This document shows, in pieces, positions 1-9,007 of a stretch of DNA of 16,742 nt. The DNA is from Candidatus Bipolaricaulia bacterium (GTDB lineage: Bacteria > Bipolaricaulota > Bipolaricaulia > RBG-16-55-9), in assembly GCA_042219045.1 (NCBI GenBank), contig JBDGQO010000017.1, forward strand, positions 1-16,742. The letters run 5' to 3'. Numbering within the stretch: the first letter of the stretch is position 1; every line of letters begins with the position of its first letter. The position numbers were made by a program, and so were the translations under genes. The notes below the pieces were generated by a model, which searched no databases, had not been told where the DNA came from, and worked only from the letters and a program-made list of their open reading frames with translations.

Positions 1-9
1 AAGAAAAGA

Positions 10-25
10 TGGATAGCGTAGCCAG
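10..25 (-). repeat. 3' arm of the 16S precursor processing stem (RNase III-type)
   Basis: TGGATAGCGTAGCCAG (10-25) is the exact reverse complement of CTGGCTACGCTATCCA (1657-1672). The two arms flank the 16S gene and pairing extends further with bulges. Confidence 0.9.
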
Positions 26-55
26 GGCCGGCGCGCTCGTAGCGCCGTTGGAGAA

Positions 56-67
56 TTCTAATGAGCG
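56..67 (-). promoter_or_regulatory. boxA-like antitermination site in the 16S trailer/spacer
   Basis: Minus strand CGCTCATTAGAA shares the GCTCATT core with the leader boxA-like site and matches TGCTCTTTAACA at 8/12. Confidence 0.45.
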
Positions 68-74
68 TTTAGCT

Positions 75-1634
<1,560 letters not shown>

Positions 1635-1656
1635 ATATGAAACTGGCTTCGGACCG

Positions 1657-1672
1657 CTGGCTACGCTATCCA
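1657..1672 (-). repeat. 5' arm of the 16S precursor processing stem
   Basis: Perfect 16-bp inverted repeat with 10-25, lying between the rRNA promoter and the 16S 5' end. Confidence 0.9.
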
Positions 1673-1674
1673 CT

Positions 1675-1686
1675 TGTCAATGAGCA
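1675..1686 (-). promoter_or_regulatory. boxA-like antitermination site in the rRNA leader
   Basis: Minus strand TGCTCATTGACA matches E. coli rrn boxA TGCTCTTTAACA at 10/12 and sits between the promoter and the processing stem. Confidence 0.65.
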
Positions 1687-1710
1687 GGCGCTTCTCGAGC
1701 GCGGAATCTG

Positions 1711-1739
1711 AGTATAGCAAGCCCCCCGAGGCGTGTCAA
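1711..1739 (-). promoter_or_regulatory. sigma70-type rRNA promoter
   Basis: Minus strand TTGACA (1739-1734), 17-nt spacer, TATACT (1716-1711) with an extended -10 TGn. Confidence 0.9.
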
Positions 1740-1769
1740 GAGCCGCCACTGAATCGATCCCCCATGTCC

Positions 1770-1798
1770 TTGTGTTCCGGACTTTGAGGCCCTAGACT
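1770..1798 (+). promoter_or_regulatory. putative ddl promoter (near-leaderless)
   Basis: TTGTGT (1770-1775), 17 nt, TAGACT (1793-1798), then 9 nt to the ATG. No Shine-Dalgarno is visible. Confidence 0.5.
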
Positions 1799-1807
1799 CC
1801 CCGCGAT

Positions 1808-2779
1808 ATGGATCTCACCCAGGCCCGAATCGGCGTCCTGATGGGCGGGCTCTCCGGCGAGCGTGAGATCTCGCTGTCGTCGGGTCAGCACGTCCAATCG
1901 GCGTTGGCAAGCCGCGACTACCAAGCGGCCCCGATCGTCCTGGACGACCCGGATGACCTCGTGGAGCAGTTGAGCGAGGTCGACGTCGTCTTCAACTGTC
2001 TGCACGGCGGCACGGGCGAGGACGGCACGCTCCAACTGCTGTTTGAACTGCTGGAACGGCCCTACACGGGATCAGGCCCACTGGCGTGCGCGTGGGCGAT
2101 GGACAAGTTGGCGGCCAAACAGGAGTTCAGTCGCATCGGTCTGGCCACTCCCGGTCACGTGGAACGCCCAGAGGGCCAGGACTGGCGCGCGTGGGAAGAG
2201 CGTGTCTCTCGTGAACTCGGCTACCCCTGCGTTGTCAAACCCGTCCGTGAGGGCTCTAGCCTTGGCGTGCACATCGTCCAAAACCCACATGCCCTCCTCA
2301 AAACGGCCCAAGCCGTGCACGCCGAATACGGCGAGCTCTTTGCCGAACGCTTCATGGAGGGCGAGGAGGTTACCGCGGGCGTGCTTCGCATGGAGGGCAC
2401 GGACCGGGCGCTGCCGCTGGTCGAGATGCGGACCCAGACGGAATTTTACGATTACGAGGCCAAGTACACGCCCGGGGTGACGGAGTTCATCGTGCCGGCC
2501 GAGCTGACCGACGATGCGACAGAGCGGGCTCAACAGACGGCATTGGAGGCCCATCAGGCGCTCGGCTGTTTTGGATTTTCCCGCGTCGACATGCGCGTCG
2601 ATGCTGACGGCACTCCGCAGGTGCTCGAAGTCAACACCATGCCCGGTATGACGGCCACGAGCGATTTGCCGCAGGCCGCCGAGGCAGACGGTTTGTCACG
2701 GGACGAGCTCGTCGACCGCATGCTGAAGTCGGCGGCGGAGCGGCCCATGCCGACCGCCTCCCCTTCCTCCTTTCCCTAG
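1808..2779 (+). CDS. ddl: D-alanine--D-alanine ligase (ATP-grasp)
   Basis: Motifs GGxSxEREISLxSG, LHGxxGEDG, PYTGS, MDK, VKPxxEGSS, FYDYEAKY, RVD and LEVNTxPGMT; 323 aa. Confidence 0.96.
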   Translation: MDLTQARIGVLMGGLSGEREISLSSGQHVQSALASRDYQAAPIVLDDPDDLVEQLSEVDVVFNCLHGGTGEDGTLQLLFELLERPYTGSGPLACAWAMDKLAAKQEFSRIGLATPGHVERPEGQDWRAWEERVSRELGYPCVVKPVREGSSLGVHIVQNPHALLKTAQAVHAEYGELFAERFMEGEEVTAGVLRMEGTDRALPLVEMRTQTEFYDYEAKYTPGVTEFIVPAELTDDATERAQQTALEAHQALGCFGFSRVDMRVDADGTPQVLEVNTMPGMTATSDLPQAAEADGLSRDELVDRMLKSAAERPMPTASPSSFP

Positions 2780-2815
2780 GTCGATAGGCCGAATCACGTC
2801 GTCTGACGTCGGCCC

Positions 2816-2844
2816 TTGACAGGGGGGGTCCGTCAACCGACAAT
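2816..2844 (+). promoter_or_regulatory. sigma70-type promoter for the aminotransferase-tlyA-coaE unit
   Basis: TTGACA (2816-2821), 17 nt, GACAAT (2839-2844). SD AAAGGGAGG (2862-2870) precedes ATG 2878. Confidence 0.65.
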
Positions 2845-2877
2845 TCCCCTAGCGATCACGCAAAGGGAGGCACGCCC

Positions 2878-4089
2878 ATGGCCCACATTTCCGATCGGGC
2901 GCAAGGCACACAGCCCTCGCCCATTCGCAAGCTGAAGCCCCTGGCCGACGAGGCTCACCAAGCCGGGAAGCGGATTTATCACCTGAACATCGGCCAACCC
3001 GACATCCCGACGCCCAAGGCGTTCCTCGACGGGATCCGCGACGTCCCCGACGTATTGGCATACAGCCCCTCTCAGGGGCTCGACGAGGCCCGCGAAGCGC
3101 TATCCAGCTACTACGCCCATCACGACATCGAGCTCACATCGGATCAGATCGTGATCACCGCCGGCGGCAGCGAGGCGCTGCAGTTTGCGCTCATGTCCGT
3201 GTTGGATCCCGGCGACGACGTGCTCATCCCCGAGCCGTTCTACGCCAACTACGGCTCCTTCGCCGCCATGGCCGGACTCAACGTCGTGCCGCTGTCGACA
3301 CGGGCGGAGGAAGGCTTCAACCTCCCGGATCGCGAGGAGATGGACCGGGCCGTGACCTCCCGCACCAAAGCGCTTCTGTTGTGCAATCCCGGCAACCCGA
3401 CCGGTCGCGTCTACACCCGCGACGAGCTGGACGCCCTGAAAGAGTTCGTCATCGACAACGATCTGTTCCTGATCGCCGACGAGGTCTACCGCGAGTTCGT
3501 CTACGACGGATTGACCCATACGAGCGTGCTCGAGTTCGGTGAGCTGCGTGAGCGGGCGATCCTGGCCGACAGCATCTCCAAGCGGTTCTCGGCCTGCGGG
3601 GCGCGTATCGGGGCGGTCGCCAGCCACAACGACGACGTCATGGCCTCGATCTTGAAATTTGCCCAAGCCCGACTGTCGCCGCCGACGCTGGGCCAACTCG
3701 GCCTGATCCGCTTTCTGGACTCGGACGACCAGCAGGCCGAGGTCAACGACATCATCCGTGAATTCGAACGTCGCCGCGATCTGCTCTACGAGGAGATCCA
3801 AGAGATGCCGGACGTCGTCTGCCACAAGCCCCAGGGCGCCTTCTATTTCATGGTCAAGCTCCCCATCGACGACGCCGAGTCGTTTGCCAGTTGGCTGTTG
3901 CGCGACTTCGACGTCGACGGCGAGACGGTCATGTTCGCCCCGGCCGCGGCGTTCTATAGCTCGCCGGGCATGGGCCAGGACGAAGTTCGGATCGCTTACG
4001 TCTTGAACGAGTCCTCGCTCAAGCGAGCGATGAGCGTCCTTCAGGCTGGCGTCGAGGCCTATCCGGGCAGCCGGATCCAGACGGCGTAA
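2878..4089 (+). CDS. PLP-dependent aminotransferase class I/II (aspartate aminotransferase-like)
   Basis: LNIGQPD, GGSEAL, NPGNPTG, DEVY, PLP-lysine motif SISKRFSACGARIG, C-terminal RIAY; strong SD; 403 aa. Confidence 0.93.
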   Translation: MAHISDRAQGTQPSPIRKLKPLADEAHQAGKRIYHLNIGQPDIPTPKAFLDGIRDVPDVLAYSPSQGLDEAREALSSYYAHHDIELTSDQIVITAGGSEALQFALMSVLDPGDDVLIPEPFYANYGSFAAMAGLNVVPLSTRAEEGFNLPDREEMDRAVTSRTKALLLCNPGNPTGRVYTRDELDALKEFVIDNDLFLIADEVYREFVYDGLTHTSVLEFGELRERAILADSISKRFSACGARIGAVASHNDDVMASILKFAQARLSPPTLGQLGLIRFLDSDDQQAEVNDIIREFERRRDLLYEEIQEMPDVVCHKPQGAFYFMVKLPIDDAESFASWLLRDFDVDGETVMFAPAAAFYSSPGMGQDEVRIAYVLNESSLKRAMSVLQAGVEAYPGSRIQTA

Positions 4090-4093
4090 GCGC

Positions 4094-4897
4094 GTGAGCA
4101 AGGGGATTCGCCTCGACCGGGCGCTTGTGGAGCGCCAATTCTTCGCGAGCCGATCGGGCGCCCAACGCGCCATCCGCGCCGGGGAGGTCTTCGTCGACGG
4201 CCGACTCGTCGACAAACCGGCCACGCCGATCCAGCCCGACGCTCAGATCCAGTTAACGCAAAAGCCGCGCTACGTCAGCCAGGGCGGCCGTAAGCTTGAG
4301 CAAGCCATCCAAGCTTTCTCCCTGAGCGTGGAAGGCGCCGTCTGTCTCGACGTCGGGGCGTCGACGGGCGGCTTCACCGACTGTCTCCTGCAACATGGCG
4401 CTCGGATGGTCTACGCCGTCGACGTGGGGAAGGGGCAACTCGACTGGCCGCTGCGCAACGACGATCGCGTGGTCGCGCTGGAGGACGTCAACGCGCGCTA
4501 TCTGACGTTCGCCGCGATCGGCGAAACGGCCGATATCGCCACGGTTGACCTCTCGTTCATTTCGTTGCGCAAGGTGCTGCCGCCGATCGCCAAGATCGTG
4601 AGGCCAGAGGGAGAGCTGATTTCGCTGGTGAAGCCTCAGTTCGAGGCCGGTCGCGATCAAGTGGAGCGAGGCGGCGTCGTGAAAGATCCCGAGATTCACG
4701 AATCGGTGCTGCGTGACATTGCTGGGTGCGTTCAGATGGAGTTGGGGCTATCCGTGCTTGATGGGACTCACTCGCCCGTCACCGGGCCCGCGGGCAACGT
4801 GGAGTTTCTCCTCCACCTGCTCAACGCGGAAGGCCGATCCAAGACGCTCGACTGGCGAGCGATCGTAGAGAGCGCCCACAGGGAACTGGCACCATGA
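4094..4897 (+). CDS. tlyA: TlyA family rRNA (cytidine-2'-O)-methyltransferase
   Basis: N-terminal S4-like domain (RLD...SR...I..GEV.VDG), YVSxGGxKL, LDVGASTGGFTD, DLSFISL, LVKPQFE, GNVEF; GTG start. Confidence 0.95.
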   Translation: MSKGIRLDRALVERQFFASRSGAQRAIRAGEVFVDGRLVDKPATPIQPDAQIQLTQKPRYVSQGGRKLEQAIQAFSLSVEGAVCLDVGASTGGFTDCLLQHGARMVYAVDVGKGQLDWPLRNDDRVVALEDVNARYLTFAAIGETADIATVDLSFISLRKVLPPIAKIVRPEGELISLVKPQFEAGRDQVERGGVVKDPEIHESVLRDIAGCVQMELGLSVLDGTHSPVTGPAGNVEFLLHLLNAEGRSKTLDWRAIVESAHRELAP

Positions 4898-5496
4898 TGA
4901 TTGTCGGCCTGACCGGCGGCATCGCCAGCGGCAAGAGCACCATCGCGCGAGCGCTGGCCGACGAGCCGGGCGTCGCCGTCGAGGACGCGGACCGCGTCGC
5001 CTGGGAGACGTATCAGCCAGGGACCGACGTCCATCGCCAACTCGTGGATCACTTCGGCCGGCGGATCCTGACCCCCGACCGCACGATCGACCGTCGGGCG
5101 CTCGGACGGATCGTCTTCCACGACGAAGGCGAGCGCGAGGCCTTGAACCGCGTCGTCCATCCGGCCGTCCGGAAGCGCCTCAGGGCGCGAGCCGAGAAAC
5201 ATGAAGCCGACGGCGTTGAGGTCCTCATCGTCCAAGCGGCGCTCATCCTGGAGGCCGAGCCCGTCGATCGCTCGTTCTACGACGTCTACGTTCTCGTCTG
5301 GGTTGATCCCGACGAGCAGCTGCGGCGATTGATGCGCCGCGATGGGCTTGATCGGGCCAAAGCGCTCCAGAAAATCCGCGCCCAGACGTCGCAGGACGTC
5401 AAGGCCGAGCGGGCCAACTACGTGATCGACAGCACCGGCAACCTCGACGAGACGATCGCTCAGGCCCGCTCGATTCTCCGGACGCTACGTTCCTGA
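4894..5496 (+). CDS. coaE: dephospho-CoA kinase
   Basis: P-loop GLTGGIASGKST, DAD, IDRxxLGxIVF, LNxVVHP, RLxxRDG; ATGA overlap with tlyA. Confidence 0.95.
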   Translation: MMIVGLTGGIASGKSTIARALADEPGVAVEDADRVAWETYQPGTDVHRQLVDHFGRRILTPDRTIDRRALGRIVFHDEGEREALNRVVHPAVRKRLRARAEKHEADGVEVLIVQAALILEAEPVDRSFYDVYVLVWVDPDEQLRRLMRRDGLDRAKALQKIRAQTSQDVKAERANYVIDSTGNLDETIAQARSILRTLRS

Positions 5497-5517
5497 TCGA
5501 TCGTTCGACGATCAGGA
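5491..5517. other. stem-loop at the coaE stop codon (possible terminator or mRNA end protector, no U-tract)
   Basis: TCCTGATCG (5491-5499) pairs with CGATCAGGA (5509-5517). Confidence 0.45.
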
Positions 5518-5703
5518 TCGAATGCGACAACAGGCGCGATGACGGCCATGGAGACGCAAAGGCCGGCATGATTTCTCGCCCACGGAGGCCCGGCCCTCGT
5601 CGGTTTCGGCGCATTCGCCCCGCCTGGATCGCCCAACTGTCCCGCCTGCAGCCGCCGAGTGTCCTTCGTCACATTCGCGCCCTCCGCCTAGCATATCGGA
5701 GCT

Positions 5704-6846
5704 ATGGGCATTCACCTCGCCGAAGCGCGCGTCGATCTCGATCAACTCCGCACCAACATCCAGACCGTCCAGGCCCACGTCGGCGACACCCAGTTGCTCG
5801 TGCCCGTCAAGGGCGACGGCTACGGGCACGGCGCTGTCGAGATAGCCCGAACGATCGAATCGCTGGGCGTCGCCTACCTCGGGGTCGCGAACCTCTACGA
5901 AGCAATCGAGTTGCGAGATGCCGGCATCCAAGCGCCGATTCTGGTCCTGTCCGCCTCGCATCCGCAGCATGCCGATCGACTGATCGAGACCGACGTGTCG
6001 GTCACCGTCTCGACCTACGAGCTCGCCCGTGCGCTGGAACGGGCGGCCGCCGAGCGCGACACGACCGTGACGGTCCACGTGAAAGTCGACACGGGGATGG
6101 GGCGCAACGGCGTCTTGGCCGACGAGGCCTCGGCGTTCGTGCGCTTTCTGCGCGAGCAGTGCCCGCACCTGAGCGTGGAAGGGATTTTCAGCCACTTCAG
6201 CGTCTCGTTCAGCGAGGCCCCCGACGATCGGGCCTACACCCGGCAACAGATCGCCACGTTCAACGCCGTCTTGGATGGACTGGAGGCCGAGGGACTTCGG
6301 CCGCCGCTGCGCCACATCGCCAATTCGGCCGGCTTGATCCAGTACGAGGACGAGGTCACAAGCGGCCACTACAACATGGTCCGCACGGGGATTTTGACCT
6401 ACGGCTATCCCGAGGTGCGCCAGCCCTGGACGGAGCCGGTGCAGCCGATCATGAATCTGGTCACGTGGGTCGTCTCGCTCAAGGAGCTGCCGCCCGGCTC
6501 CGACATCGGCTATGGACGTCGCTACACGACCTCATCGGCCGAACGCATCGCGACGCTCTCCATCGGCTATGCGGACGGGCTGCCGCCGGGGCTGGCCAAC
6601 AACGGCGACGTGTTGATCCACGGGGAGCGTGCCCCTATCGTGGGCAGCGTCTCCATGGACCAGATCACGGTCAACGTGAGCGGCATCCCGGAGGTGGCCA
6701 TTGGCGACGAGGCGGTCATCATGAACGGGCATCAGCCGGCCGACGCCGTCGCCGACCGGCTGAGAACGGGCTTCACGGAAGTCGTCTTGACCGCGCTGTC
6801 GCCGCGCGTGGCCCGGGTCTATCTCGGGCGTGCCACGACGGCCTAG
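5704..6846 (+). CDS. alr: alanine racemase family protein (PLP-dependent; substrate may not be alanine)
   Basis: VKGDGYGHG (PLP Lys36), HVKVDTGMGRNG, SHF, HIANSAG, VRxGIxxYG, IGYG (catalytic Tyr270), IGYADG, MDQ; 380 aa. Confidence 0.92.
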   Translation: MGIHLAEARVDLDQLRTNIQTVQAHVGDTQLLVPVKGDGYGHGAVEIARTIESLGVAYLGVANLYEAIELRDAGIQAPILVLSASHPQHADRLIETDVSVTVSTYELARALERAAAERDTTVTVHVKVDTGMGRNGVLADEASAFVRFLREQCPHLSVEGIFSHFSVSFSEAPDDRAYTRQQIATFNAVLDGLEAEGLRPPLRHIANSAGLIQYEDEVTSGHYNMVRTGILTYGYPEVRQPWTEPVQPIMNLVTWVVSLKELPPGSDIGYGRRYTTSSAERIATLSIGYADGLPPGLANNGDVLIHGERAPIVGSVSMDQITVNVSGIPEVAIGDEAVIMNGHQPADAVADRLRTGFTEVVLTALSPRVARVYLGRATTA

Positions 6847-6886
6847 GCCGAGGGCCGACGACGCGCGACGACGGGCCCGCCTTAGC

Positions 6887-8392
6887 TTAGACGCCCACCG
6901 TCTTGTCGACGTCCAGGCCGAGCCCTTCCGCAACACGGCGGCCGTACTCCTCGTCCGCTTCGGCGAAGTGGGCGACCTGGCGCTCCTGGATCTCCTGCGG
7001 AACCTCGCTCATGTGGCCGACGATGGCCGCGATGAGTCGGTCCTTGGCGTCGCTCGACATGAGGCGGTAGAGGTCACCCGCCTGGGTGTAGTCGTCGTTG
7101 CCCTCGCGGTGGTCATAGCGGTCGGCGGGGTCACCGCTCAGGCGCAACGGCGGTTCCTCGACGGTGGGGTCTTCCGTGGGCCCGCCGAAGCTGTTCGGCT
7201 CGTAGACCGGCTGGGCGCCGTAGTTGCCGTCCACGCGCATGAACCCGTCGCGATGGTAGGAATTGACCGGCACCTTCGGCTGGTTGACTGGAATCGAGGC
7301 GTAGTTGACGTTGAGCCGGTAGCGGTGCGCGTCGGCGTAGGACAGCAGGCGAGCCTGGAGCATCTTGTCCGGCGAGGCCCCGATGCCCGGCACGAGGTTG
7401 GACGGCTCGAACGCCGCCTGCTCCACCTCGGCGAAGTAGTTTGTCGGGTTCCGGTTCAGCTCGATCTGGCCGACTTCGACGAGCGGATAATCGCCGTGGG
7501 GCCAGACCTTGGTCAGATCAAAGGGGTTCACGTGATAGTCCTCGGCCTCCAGTTCGGGCATGATCTGAACATAAACCGTCCACGTGGGATAATCGCCCTC
7601 GTCGATGGCCGTGAACAGGTCGGCCAGGTGGTAGTCGGGCGACTCGCCCGCAATCGTGGCGGCCTGATCCTCGGTGAGGGATTGGATCCCCTGGTCGGTC
7701 TTGACGTGGAACTTGACCCAGAAGCGCTCGCCCCGTTCGTTCCACAGGCTGAACGTGTGGGACCCGTAGCCGTTCATGTGGCGGAAGCTCGCCGGCAGCC
7801 CCCGATCGCCGAACAGCCACGTCACCTGATGGAGCGACTCGGGACTGAGGCTCCAGAAGTCCCACTGCATGGTGTGATTCCTTCGACCCGTCTGGGGGTG
7901 GCGCTTCTGCGAGTGGATGAAGTCCTGGAACTTGAGCGGATCACGGATGAAGAAGACCGGCGTGTTGTTGCCGACGAGATCCCAGTTGCCCTCGTCGGTG
8001 TAGAACTTCATGGCGAAGCCGCGCGGGTCTCGGACAGTGTCGGCCGAGCCTTTCTCGCCCGCGACCGTGGAGAAGCGAATAAAAAGGTCGGTCTCCTTGC
8101 CAACCTCCGAGAAGAGGCTCGCGCAGGTGTAGTCGGTGATGTCGTTGGTGACGCGGAACGTGCCGTAGGCTCCCGCGCCCTTGGCATGGACCACGCGCTC
8201 CGGGATGCGCTCCCGGTTGAAGTGGGCCATGCGCTCCATCAAGTGATGGTCCTCCATCAGGACGGGGCCGCGCGGGCCGGCCGTCTTGGAGTTCTGGTTG
8301 TCGCCGACGGGCACACCGGCCGCGTTTGTCATGCGCTTGTTGGTTCGGGGCGCGTGGCCGCCGTTGGTGTGCCGGTCCTTCGGATCGGACAT
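6887..8392 (-). CDS. katA: monofunctional heme catalase, small-subunit type
   Basis: [15 protein letters not shown] (distal His), [20 protein letters not shown] and [12 protein letters not shown] (proximal Tyr). Start placed at ATG 8392 because SD AAGGAGG lies 8 nt upstream; the ORF track starts at TTG 8410. Confidence 0.97.
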   Translation of the reverse strand: MSDPKDRHTNGGHAPRTNKRMTNAAGVPVGDNQNSKTAGPRGPVLMEDHHLMERMAHFNRERIPERVVHAKGAGAYGTFRVTNDITDYTCASLFSEVGKETDLFIRFSTVAGEKGSADTVRDPRGFAMKFYTDEGNWDLVGNNTPVFFIRDPLKFQDFIHSQKRHPQTGRRNHTMQWDFWSLSPESLHQVTWLFGDRGLPASFRHMNGYGSHTFSLWNERGERFWVKFHVKTDQGIQSLTEDQAATIAGESPDYHLADLFTAIDEGDYPTWTVYVQIMPELEAEDYHVNPFDLTKVWPHGDYPLVEVGQIELNRNPTNYFAEVEQAAFEPSNLVPGIGASPDKMLQARLLSYADAHRYRLNVNYASIPVNQPKVPVNSYHRDGFMRVDGNYGAQPVYEPNSFGGPTEDPTVEEPPLRLSGDPADRYDHREGNDDYTQAGDLYRLMSSDAKDRLIAAIVGHMSEVPQEIQERQVAHFAEADEEYGRRVAEGLGLDVDKTVGV

Positions 8393-8433
8393 GCGATCGT
8401 CCTCCTTCAATTGGGATGAATACGGATAACGTG

Positions 8434-8841
8434 CTAGGGCCCATCGTCGTTGGTCATCCCCCGACAGTCCGGGCAGATGCCTTCGAAGATGACTTGGAAC
8501 CGCTCGATGGCGTAGCCCGTGTCGCGGGCCACCTGCTCCATGGCCGCCTCGGCCTCGGCAAGGCGATAGTCCGCAACCTGCCCACAGGATCGACAGACGA
8601 GGTGATCGTGTCGATCCGTCCGTCGGTCGTAGAGCGCGGGGCCTTCAGGGAGGCGGACGTCCTGGATCAGGCCCGAGTCGCGCAGATACCCCAAGCCATT
8701 GTAGATCGTCGCGTAGGCGATATCGGGCAGCTCGCGGCGCACGCGGTCGTAGACCTCGGGCGCAGACAAATGACGATCAGCCCCATCGATCGCGCGTAGG
8801 ATCGCTGCTCGTTGGGGCGTGAGCCTAAGGCTGCTGGGCAT
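8434..8841 (-). CDS. perR: Fur family transcriptional regulator, PerR-like peroxide sensor
   Basis: LTPQR, HLSA, ATIYNxL (PerR-type Asn), YD...HDHLVCxxCGxVxD (Asp rather than the Glu of Fur) and C-terminal CxxC. Directly upstream of catalase; SD GAGGT before ATG 8841. Confidence 0.85.
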   Translation of the reverse strand: MPSSLRLTPQRAAILRAIDGADRHLSAPEVYDRVRRELPDIAYATIYNGLGYLRDSGLIQDVRLPEGPALYDRRTDRHDHLVCRSCGQVADYRLAEAEAAMEQVARDTGYAIERFQVIFEGICPDCRGMTNDDGP

Positions 8842-8886
8842 GGACACCTCGTCTAGCGATTATTTGGCGATGGACGCCTAAGATTG

Positions 8887-8915
8887 ATATTAAGCTGAGT
8901 CTAAATCGCGGTCAA
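8887..8915 (-). promoter_or_regulatory. perR-katA promoter with overlapping Per-box-like operator
   Basis: Minus strand TTGACC (8915-8910), 17 nt, TAATAT (8892-8887). TTAGACTCAGCTTAA (8904-8890) matches B. subtilis TTATAATnATTATAA at 9/14. The region is an AT-rich island in a GC-rich window. Confidence 0.7.
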
Positions 8916-9007
8916 GAGATTAGACAACCTCGAACTCTTATATCGAGCGGCGCGAAGCCGCAGGGTCGCGTGCACCCGGTAACCGCATGGACTAGAATCA
9001 CGGTCCC

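Noticed and set aside
1675..1680. Second TTGACA on the minus strand as an rrn P2 promoter
   Set aside because: No -10 at 16-18 nt spacing; the hexamer is better explained as part of the boxA-like site.
3100..4224. 374-aa minus-strand ORF (and similar 5512-6369, 8912-9727, 13507-14262)
   Set aside because: All are antisense to well-supported genes or tRNAs and carry no domain signal.
5530..5665. Riboswitch upstream of the racemase (GACGCAAAG at 5553-5561 recalls c-di-GMP-I; CCTGG/ACTGTC recall the lysine riboswitch)
   Set aside because: The GGCAAA/GNRA tetraloop and receptor of c-di-GMP-I and the GAAAGG...GCCGAA core of the lysine aptamer are absent; only isolated short words match.
1808..6846. 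van-type glycopeptide resistance cluster (ligase plus racemase)
   Set aside because: Ddl keeps the FYDYEAKY Tyr, the racemase lacks the VanT membrane domain, there is no vanRS/XY, and housekeeping genes separate the two.
5568..6890. 440-aa Arg-rich plus-strand ORF overlapping alr
   Set aside because: Alternative-frame artefact of high GC. The racemase frame is complete, so no frameshift is needed.
6830..8419. 529-aa plus-strand ORF
   Set aside because: Antisense shadow of the catalase gene.
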